DNA from: an uncultured Acidimicrobiia bacterium
GTDB lineage: Bacteria > Acidobacteriota > Terriglobia > Versatilivoradales > Versatilivoraceae
Direction of reading: 5' to 3'
Assembly (NCBI GenBank): GCA_963786955.1
Contig: CAWBAT010000004.1
Span: 648,495-712,494, forward strand
DNA: 64,000 nt
Shown here: in pieces, positions 57,154-64,000 of the stretch
Layout of the letters: every line of letters begins with the position of its first letter
How positions within the stretch are numbered: position 1 is the stretch's first letter
Translations under genes and position numbers: made by a program
Notes under the pieces: model-generated
What the model saw: only the letters and a program-made list of their open reading frames with translations
Database searches by the model: none
Told to the model about the DNA's origin: nothing

Positions 57154-59940
57154 CTAGGATCGCCTCAGCACAGACTGTACGGCGTTCAAGAGGTCCTGCA
57201 TTTGACAAGGCTTCGGGAGAACGAGAGTGATTCCCGATTCTCTAACTCTGGCATCATCCAACTGGATACTCCACCCGCTTAACAAGACGATAGGTACTTT
57301 CTGATTGGTGGCACGGATTGTCTTGGCGATTTCCCAGCCTGTCATTCCAGGCAATCCTAAGTCTGAAAAAATCACATCATAATGGCCTGCCTTAAATAAG
57401 GCAATAGCTTCCGGTCCATTCGCCGCTACATCCACCGAGTGACCCTGCATTGTAAACATCTCAGCCATGAAATCGCGAATCACGTCTTCGTCATCGATCA
57501 CCAAGATTCGGATTTTTTCCTTTTGCGTGGCCACAGCTCTTGACCCAACGAGATCCGACGTTTTAAGAGCGGCCGGTAAAGAAATGATGCAAGTCGTTCC
57601 GCGACCCAGGAAACTAAATACTTTAATATCCCCATGGTGCCGCCGAACAATACCATAGGTAACACTCATTCCGAGCCCTGTTCCTTTAGGACCTTTGGTT
57701 GAAAAGAAAGGATCAAAAATCTTACGCTTCACTTCATCGGACATTCCAATGCCGGTATCGACGATTTTTATAGTCACCGTTGGATACGGATCGGCCTGTT
57801 CCGTCGCCGTCGTAATTCGAATCGTTCCGCCATCCGGCATCGCATCCAGAGAATTTCGGAGGATGTTCCTCACTGCTTCTATCAACTCGGACCGATTCCC
57901 CGAAACAGGCGGAATATTGCCAGGGTCGAATAGGACTTCGAGCCGGATCCCTTCCGCTTCAAATTGGTCGCGCCAAATAGGCTGGATGCTTTTGACCGCC
58001 TCTTCGACCACTTCATTCAACGCGACCTCTTGAAAAAACTGGTCGGCGCGGATGCGTGTAAAATCCTGTATTCTTCGAACCGTCTGGGCGCCTTGAATGC
58101 TCTTGCCTTCAATGGTCTTGAGATCCGCTTTCAAACTCTGAACATCCACCCCTGTCCCTCCTTCAATTTGCTTCAAAAGCAGTTGGGTTTTGCCCAAAAT
58201 GCCAGCCAGCAGATTATTAAAATCATGGGCCACCCCGTTAGCCATTTCGCCCAGTGCTGTGAGGCGCTCGAGTTCGACAATCTGATTCTGTAACTTCCGC
58301 TGCTCAGTAACATCTTTACCGACGAATAGCCAGGCAAAAAGCCGCCCTTCTGCGGTGTAAACTGGAGTTGTCGAGATCTCGAAGTACCCTTTCAGCCGTT
58401 TGTCCTCAAACTCGACGGAAATCACTTTGTCCTTCACGTACATTTCCTCTTTCTGATGATGACACCAGGGAGATTGCGGATCTTGAAACAACTCCTCTGC
58501 TTTGCGATTCACCATATCTCTCGGCTGTAGATTCAGCCGCCGCGCAAGCGCCTGATTTACCCGAATGATCACCCCTTCCGAATCTTGCGTATGAATGAGT
58601 TCTGTCATCGTGTCAAACGTGGTTTCCCATTCCCTTTTGGCATCACGCACCACATTGAACAGTTTGGCGTTCCCGAGAGCCACGCTGATCTGTTTTCCGA
58701 TCGCGTTCAGAATTTCAGTTTCGTCCGCCTTCAAATCCTTTCGAACGTGCCTCCCCCCGAACAAAAACCCCATTAATTCTTCATTGAAGAAGAGCGGGAG
58801 CAGGAGATACGAGCGGACCCGTTCTTCGGCGCAAAGTTCCACAAACTTGTCGAATGAAGCGGAGACGGGGTCGTCCTCCATTTCACGATTCGTCAAGGGT
58901 TGTTTCAACTCTTTCAGCCCCGAAAGCAAGTTCCTCAAAAGTGATTTCTCTTCCAGCCGAGCAATGAACTTGGTCGAAAGATTGTGGAGGGAGGCCATGC
59001 GGAAAACGGTCTCGTCAAAGGTAGCAATCAGAACCGCACCACAGCTCAAAACTGCCAACTCACAGAATCGCTCTAGTGAGACTTTGGAAATTTCATCAAT
59101 GTCGAGGGTATGCGAAACAGCGGAAGATACCGACACGACCGCCGTTAACTCTCGATTCTTCTGCAATATTTGCTTTTCAAGAGCAACTCGTTGCGTGCAA
59201 TCCCGGGCAATTCCTTGGTAGGCTATGACTTTATTCTGCGAAACAATCTTTGAAAGGCTCAGCTCGAGATTTCGCGCCTCCCCTTGCTTTGTCATGATTT
59301 CCAACTCAATCAAGTTCCTGCTGTCCCCTAGCCGCTGAGGGTGCAGTAGATCTTCAAGCCTTAACGGATCGCCCGGCCTCAGAAAGTCAGCCAAATTTCT
59401 GCCCATGATTTCCTCGGGGGAGTAACCCAAGAATTCGCGGACACGGGAAGTCACAAAGCTGATATTCCGAGAAATGTCCATCATGAAGATCAAGTCATTG
59501 GCGTTTTCTGCAAGGTTCTTGTATCGCTCCTCGGCTTCTTTGAGCTGGCCTTCCAAATTGGATTTTTCTATGGCACTTTCCAGGATCTGAGGCAACTTAA
59601 GAAGAAAGCCTTTGCTCTTGACCACATATTCATTTGCACCGGCCTTCATGGCTCGAACCGCAATTTCTTCGTCTCCCTGCCCAGTGACCATAATGAGTGG
59701 GTGCGACCAACCCCGGCGGCGGATTTCCTCAATGAGCTCAACCCCGTTCATCCCCGGAAGGTTATAGTCCAAGATCACAGCGGAGCAATCTTCTTCGGAA
59801 AAACCGCGGATACATTCCTCGCCGGTTGACACGGTGTGGACCTGAATTTCCTCAATATGCTTGCGGAGGCTCTTCTCTATCGCGAATGCTTGGTGGGGAT
59901 TGTCTTCAACGACTAAAATCTTGAGCGGGTAAGAAATCAT
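57154..59940 (-). CDS. Hybrid sensor histidine kinase (REC-PAS-GAF-PAS-HisKA-HATPase-REC)
   Basis: 928 aa. N-terminal REC (ILVVEDNPHQ...D in VILDYNLPG), H-box VAHDFNNLL, N/G boxes (RNSLDAM, DTGIGM, GTGLGM), C-terminal REC (ILVIDDE...IFSDLGLPGMTG). Confidence 0.85.
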   Translation of the reverse strand: MISYPLKILVVEDNPHQAFAIEKSLRKHIEEIQVHTVSTGEECIRGFSEEDCSAVILDYNLPGMNGVELIEEIRRRGWSHPLIMVTGQGDEEIAVRAMKAGANEYVVKSKGFLLKLPQILESAIEKSNLEGQLKEAEERYKNLAENANDLIFMMDISRNISFVTSRVREFLGYSPEEIMGRNLADFLRPGDPLRLEDLLHPQRLGDSRNLIELEIMTKQGEARNLELSLSKIVSQNKVIAYQGIARDCTQRVALEKQILQKNRELTAVVSVSSAVSHTLDIDEISKVSLERFCELAVLSCGAVLIATFDETVFRMASLHNLSTKFIARLEEKSLLRNLLSGLKELKQPLTNREMEDDPVSASFDKFVELCAEERVRSYLLLPLFFNEELMGFLFGGRHVRKDLKADETEILNAIGKQISVALGNAKLFNVVRDAKREWETTFDTMTELIHTQDSEGVIIRVNQALARRLNLQPRDMVNRKAEELFQDPQSPWCHHQKEEMYVKDKVISVEFEDKRLKGYFEISTTPVYTAEGRLFAWLFVGKDVTEQRKLQNQIVELERLTALGEMANGVAHDFNNLLAGILGKTQLLLKQIEGGTGVDVQSLKADLKTIEGKSIQGAQTVRRIQDFTRIRADQFFQEVALNEVVEEAVKSIQPIWRDQFEAEGIRLEVLFDPGNIPPVSGNRSELIEAVRNILRNSLDAMPDGGTIRITTATEQADPYPTVTIKIVDTGIGMSDEVKRKIFDPFFSTKGPKGTGLGMSVTYGIVRRHHGDIKVFSFLGRGTTCIISLPAALKTSDLVGSRAVATQKEKIRILVIDDEDVIRDFMAEMFTMQGHSVDVAANGPEAIALFKAGHYDVIFSDLGLPGMTGWEIAKTIRATNQKVPIVLLSGWSIQLDDARVRESGITLVLPKPCQMQDLLNAVQSVLRRS

Positions 59941-60195
59941 TGGACCGACGGCGTTACGACAAAGTGGAATTTATCCGTGACTGCATTGACCTGAGAATTT
60001 TCAAGTAAACCATTGCCAGAACCCTTCAGAATCGGCACACTCCTCCCTGCACGATCACTAAGAATCTAATCGACAGAAAATCTTCTTCTTCTTATAAAAT
60101 AATACTTGAAGTACCCGTGAAACTGGGTTGGAAGCTGCATCCTAGGAATAGCGGTGGGTAGTGGAAATTCCAATGTCAGGAGAGAGGTTATTCTA

Positions 60196-60645
60196 ATGAC
60201 CATTCCAGAACGGATTCAAAAAGAGCTTACAGAGGCGATGAAAGCCAGGGAATCGCTAAAAATTGATGTCCTGCGCGGCATAAAAACGGCCCTAAAACTG
60301 AAGGAGGTTGAGAAAATCCGGGCTTTATCAGACCTCGAGGTCTTACAAGTAATACAGACCCTGCTGAAGCAGCGAAAAGACTCGATCGAACAATTCACCC
60401 TGGGAGGAAGAAGTGACTTAGTTGCCCGCGAGCAAGCCGAGGTTAAGATTCTAGAAGACTACTTGCCTGCGCCGGTTAGTGAGAACGAGCTAAGAGCGGT
60501 TATTGGGGAGGTCATTTCGGAACTTCAGGCGAGCAGTGGTAAAGACATCGGTCGGGTTATGAAGACGGTCATGAACCGATTTGCTGGGAAGAATGTGGAC
60601 GGGAAAACGGTGAATGAAATGGTCCGAGCCCTACTCGGAAGCTGA
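60196..60645 (+). CDS. GatB/YqeY domain protein
   Basis: Start at MTIPERIQKELTEAMKA... The sequence is typical of the YqeY family (LRGIKTALKLKEVEK...). Confidence 0.7.
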   Translation: MTIPERIQKELTEAMKARESLKIDVLRGIKTALKLKEVEKIRALSDLEVLQVIQTLLKQRKDSIEQFTLGGRSDLVAREQAEVKILEDYLPAPVSENELRAVIGEVISELQASSGKDIGRVMKTVMNRFAGKNVDGKTVNEMVRALLGS

Positions 60646-60657
60646 GTACCCGCGCGC

Positions 60658-61461
60658 CTAGTGGATACGTGTTCCGGAACCAGCCATTGCTGAACTAATC
60701 GGCTTGCGAACCCGGGCATCGGCAAATACCACCTCTCTCACCCCTTCTCGAATGGCTTCTACAGCTCCAAGCACTTTCTTTTTCATCCGCCCTTGGGCGA
60801 AATGCGCGTACTGTTCAATCTCGCTGATCCGAATTTCTGAAATTAAACTGGATTCATCCTTCACATCTCGCAAGAGGCCGGGAACATTGGATAGGATGAT
60901 CATCTTCTCCACTTTAAGAGCTGCCGCCAACATGGCTGCAGCTCTGTCCCCGTCGACATTGATCGCTTCGCCGTCATAACTGATCGCTGGCGGACATAAC
61001 ACGATTGTAAAATTGTTCTCCATCAGTAATCGAATCAAAGGAAGATTGATTTTTTCAACTTTGCCTGTGTAATCGTCTCGTAAGACTCTTTTCTTCCCAT
61101 TTTCTACGATAAGAATGGTCGACTTCCGAATCCCCTCCCAGATTCGGCCATCAATGCCTGACAAGCCAAGGGCATTAATACCAAGCCGCTGCAGTCTCTC
61201 CACAATCCCCTTGTTGATCTTCCCGCAATAGACCATTTCAAAAATTTCCAAGGTTTCTCGGTCGGTATATCGAGATTCGTATCCGGAGACGGATGTGACC
61301 ATCCGAGGAGGCTTCCCAAGTTTCTCAGAAAGGAGATTTGTCTCGGCCGAGCCCCCGTGAACGAGAATCGCCCGCTGGCCGGATTTTATCAGCGACGCCA
61401 GATCGTCGCAAACCGCATCATAATCAATCCCCAAACTCCCACCTACCTTAATTACAATCAT
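60658..61461 (-). CDS. argB: Acetylglutamate kinase (ArgB / LysZ-type amino acid kinase)
   Basis: 267 aa. MIVIKVGGS...ILVHGGS...; amino-acid kinase family. Adjacent to argC. Confidence 0.75.
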   Translation of the reverse strand: MIVIKVGGSLGIDYDAVCDDLASLIKSGQRAILVHGGSAETNLLSEKLGKPPRMVTSVSGYESRYTDRETLEIFEMVYCGKINKGIVERLQRLGINALGLSGIDGRIWEGIRKSTILIVENGKKRVLRDDYTGKVEKINLPLIRLLMENNFTIVLCPPAISYDGEAINVDGDRAAAMLAAALKVEKMIILSNVPGLLRDVKDESSLISEIRISEIEQYAHFAQGRMKKKVLGAVEAIREGVREVVFADARVRKPISSAMAGSGTRIH

Positions 61462-61496
61462 CCATGCATCTCAACTTTCCTTTAGAGAAGGTTTGC

Positions 61497-62597
61497 TTAC
61501 AGACTTTTCTGAATCCAATCGAGGACCATCTGCGACACTTCCGGACTGCCAGCGACGAGTCTTGAACCTTTCAAACTGGAGTCGTGGATGATCCGAATCT
61601 GGACGGGAAATCCTGTCCGTTTTTCGAGCTGTTGACAAGAATCGATTGCTGCTGGGTCTCCTTGAGCGGCGATAAACAAAATCGAGTGAGGCTGAAAATT
61701 TTGGATTCCCTTGGCCCAGGTCTGGGCGATTTCAGCCGTCGGGGAGAGGGCGATTGCAGTCCGGATCTCCTCGAACTTACCAGAAGCAAAGTAAGCCAAA
61801 TCGGCACCGATTCCTCCACCCATACAAGCAATCCGGTTGAAGTCGACCCCCTCCTTTGACTTTAACCACTTCATTGCGGCCTCTATATCGGCCGGAAACT
61901 GAATCGGATCGGTGACCCCGCTCGGCAATGCCTGAACTTTATCGTTTCCATTTAAAGTGCTTTCGCCGTGGCCCCGCAAATCGAGATTCAAGACACCGAA
62001 TCCTTTGGGTAGCAAATAGTTTTGGATAAAGGAATCCCAGGAATGACGTTCTTCACCAAGGCCATGAATTAACAGGACGGTCGGGAATTTTTCCTTGGCC
62101 CCTATCGGCTTATACCAATCTGCCACCAATTTAAAGGAAATGCTGCCCCCCGGTTCGATTTCGACCCGATCGGGACGATACGACAGATTTCCGGATTTCG
62201 TGTGGATCTCTTCCACCAACCCTAGAGTCAGGAAGTTGTCAGCCCTGTCCAGATAACGACTTATCGTCTTCTTCTCCGAAGTCAAGGTTTTGGTTTCGGC
62301 ATAGACAATATAATCGATCTTCGGATCTAGCCCATAGATCGAAAATAATCCTGACTCATCCGAGGTCAATATGGTTGTCTTGTTTTTCGAAGCATCCCGA
62401 ATAAAGACTTTGGCCCCTGCGACGGGCTGATTGGTTTTGTCCACAACTTCACCCCGGATGGTTTTAGTCGGGGGTTCCTTTTTCTTCAGAGCCAGTACCT
62501 CACTGTCGTAAAAAGCGAGGAAAAGCAAGATCCCGATCATGAGCTTGGCGAAAATCCGATGATCCATTGCCGTCTCCATTCCCCGAGGATACTGCAC
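61497..62597 (-). CDS. Secreted alpha/beta hydrolase with an N-terminal CarbopepD_reg-like beta-sandwich domain
   Basis: 366 aa. Signal peptide. GEVVDKTNQPVAGAKVFIRD...SDESGLFSI (carboxypeptidase-regulatory-like). Hydrolase core with HGLGE...DLRGHGES... and nucleophile-elbow-like CMGGGIGA. Confidence 0.6.
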   Translation of the reverse strand: MQYPRGMETAMDHRIFAKLMIGILLFLAFYDSEVLALKKKEPPTKTIRGEVVDKTNQPVAGAKVFIRDASKNKTTILTSDESGLFSIYGLDPKIDYIVYAETKTLTSEKKTISRYLDRADNFLTLGLVEEIHTKSGNLSYRPDRVEIEPGGSISFKLVADWYKPIGAKEKFPTVLLIHGLGEERHSWDSFIQNYLLPKGFGVLNLDLRGHGESTLNGNDKVQALPSGVTDPIQFPADIEAAMKWLKSKEGVDFNRIACMGGGIGADLAYFASGKFEEIRTAIALSPTAEIAQTWAKGIQNFQPHSILFIAAQGDPAAIDSCQQLEKRTGFPVQIRIIHDSSLKGSRLVAGSPEVSQMVLDWIQKSL

Positions 62598-62604
62598 TAA
62601 AAGG

Positions 62605-63000
62605 CTATTTCTTCGACGACTCTAACTCAAATTTCAGGATAATGTTCTGTCGCTCGTCCTGTACAAACGAAACCGTTCCCTGGGATGATGCGAACCCTGC
62701 CCGTGTCCCATGAACTACGAAAGTATGGCGACCGGGCGGAAGACGCAGCGCAAATTCACCTCGTGCATCGGAGACCGTTTGCCACTTCTTCACTTTGCCG
62801 TGCTTTTCTTCATTCGTTTGCATCTCTACGCGAATCGTTGCTCCAGGCAAGCTAAATCCCTCGTCATTGGTGCAAGTCCCCACCAGAAGGGCAAAGGGTT
62901 CCGGTTCCTTTTCTTTTGCCACTAGGCTGGCTTCCTGCAAGAAAATAAGAACTCCACAAAGCCCCATCCCTAGGACTGTTTTTTTCCAGGGCCCACTCAT
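62605..63000 (-). CDS. Small secreted CarbopepD_reg-like domain protein
   Basis: Start at MSGPWKKTVLGMGLCGVLIFLQEASLVA (signal peptide). ...GATIRVEMQTN...SDARGEFALRLPPGRHTFVVH. Confidence 0.45.
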   Translation of the reverse strand: MSGPWKKTVLGMGLCGVLIFLQEASLVAKEKEPEPFALLVGTCTNDEGFSLPGATIRVEMQTNEEKHGKVKKWQTVSDARGEFALRLPPGRHTFVVHGTRAGFASSQGTVSFVQDERQNIILKFELESSKK

Positions 63001-63103
63001 TTTCTTTCTTGTGGCGCTCATCATTCCATGGCACATGCTGAAACTTACCCCAAAAAACGGATGCTTAAAAGTAACACACCATCTCCGGGCCTGCATCTCG
63101 GGC

Positions 63104-64000
63104 TTAGATGGGGTGGAGTCCCGCAAATTCCAATCCGGTCTGCTCTTCCCAACGGTACATCACGTTCATGGCCTGTACCCCATTCCCGGCAGCCCCTTTC
63201 ATCAAATTATCCAGCGCCGAAAGAACGACGAGTCTGTTTTCGTGCGGGTCAAGTTCGAATCCGACATCACAATAATTTGAACCAATTAATAATTTGGGTT
63301 CAGGGTAACGGTAGATCCCGTTCTTTTCTTTGACAATTCGAATAAAGGGCTCATCCCGGTAAACGCTCCGATAGATCTTCCACAATTCTCTTTCCTCGGT
63401 TGATTGCCGGAGGGAGACATGGGCAGTGGAAAGAATACCTCGCACCGCATCGGTGGCCGTAGCTGAGAAATGAATGCGAGGAGTCTCTCCCTCAAAAGTC
63501 AGTTCCTGCCGAATTTCCGCCGTATGTCGATGGCCTGTGGGTTGGAACGAACGCATGGCTCCGCTCCGTTCGGGATGATGAGAAGATAGGCTGGATTTGT
63601 TTCCGGCGGCAGACGATCCGACTTTGCCTTCGATATAAACGTGGCTAGGGTCGGCTATTCCACTCTTAAAGAGCGGATATAACCCCAGGATAGCCGCAGT
63701 GGCCAAACAGCCAGCACCGGTCACCAGAGTCGCATTCCGGATCGCTTCACGATGTAATTCCGGGATGCCATAAACGGCTTGTTGCAAGTAGCTGGGGTTA
63801 CTATGTTCATGTCCATACCAGACAGAATAATCCGCTCCATTGCGCAAACGAAAATCGGCAGAAAGGTCGATGGCTCGCTCAGCCAAAACCAGGAATTCGG
63901 AAATACGTGTCATCGCCATGCCGTGGGGAAGACACAGGAATATTAGATCCGATTTTTTGAGGTCCGCACTGGCAATGAACTTTAAATCGGTACGCTTTCG
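63104..64000 (-). CDS. argC: N-acetyl-gamma-glutamyl-phosphate reductase ArgC; the N-terminus lies beyond the window end
   Basis: The open frame continues past 63919 to the window edge. Catalytic-Cys region ...TGAGCLATAAILGLYPL... and the ArgC C-terminal domain. Confidence 0.85.
   Translation of the reverse strand, partial: RKRTDLKFIASADLKKSDLIFLCLPHGMAMTRISEFLVLAERAIDLSADFRLRNGADYSVWYGHEHSNPSYLQQAVYGIPELHREAIRNATLVTGAGCLATAAILGLYPLFKSGIADPSHVYIEGKVGSSAAGNKSSLSSHHPERSGAMRSFQPTGHRHTAEIRQELTFEGETPRIHFSATATDAVRGILSTAHVSLRQSTEERELWKIYRSVYRDEPFIRIVKEKNGIYRYPEPKLLIGSNYCDVGFELDPHENRLVVLSALDNLMKGAAGNGVQAMNVMYRWEEQTGLEFAGLHPI

Overview
This 64-kb window is a gene-dense bacterial chromosomal region, roughly 50% GC. 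The gene content (sigma-54-dependent regulators, an ECF sigma factor, a T2SS, a Wzm/Wzt glycan locus) hints at Acidobacteria/Nitrospirae-like Gram-negative lineages, but phylum is not determinable from sequence alone. Main blocks, in order:

(1) 1-4000: a secreted cyclase-family protein (3' end lies beyond the window start), two SAM-dependent methyltransferases and a parvulin-type PPIase.

(2) 4650-10800: three large secreted or surface proteins, separated by a roughly 560-bp tandem array of 126-128-bp hairpin-rich repeats.

(3) 11784-24286: a complete type II secretion system on the minus strand (gspE-F-G-H-I-J-K-L-M-C-D). It is punctuated by MITE/BIME-like palindromic repeat elements and preceded by an ECF sigma / zinc-finger anti-sigma / small secreted protein module.

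(4) 26331-43292: a large glycan-biosynthesis locus. It contains a GT-C-like membrane glycosyltransferase fused to roughly 12 TPRs, two polyprenyl-phosphate-sugar synthase-like GT2 enzymes, a DUF2304 protein, several further GT2/GT4 enzymes, five SAM methyltransferases, rfbD plus an epimerase, a WbdD-like coiled-coil methyltransferase, and the Wzm/Wzt ABC exporter with a Wzt C-terminal glycan-binding extension. This is an O-antigen-like, ABC-transporter-dependent pathway with terminal-methylation chain control.

(5) 43670-46728: glnB and glnD.

(6) 46893-60000: quinone oxidoreductase, a rhodanese plus MauE/DoxX pair, a histidine kinase with an NtrC-type regulator, an orphan REC, a NudC-like NUDIX protein, a thioesterase and a FliA-type sigma factor behind a 520-bp AT-rich leader. 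These are followed by a REC-PAS-GAF-PAS-HK-REC hybrid kinase, a sigma-54 response regulator and a free-standing 71-aa DHp-like protein.

(7) 60154-64000: a GatB/YqeY protein and argB, then two secreted proteins with CarbopepD_reg-like domains, then argC.

No rRNA, tRNA or CRISPR was recognised. The most unusual signals are the structured palindromic repeat family with stem covariation, which also forms the tandem array, and the accessory content around the T2SS and glycan loci.
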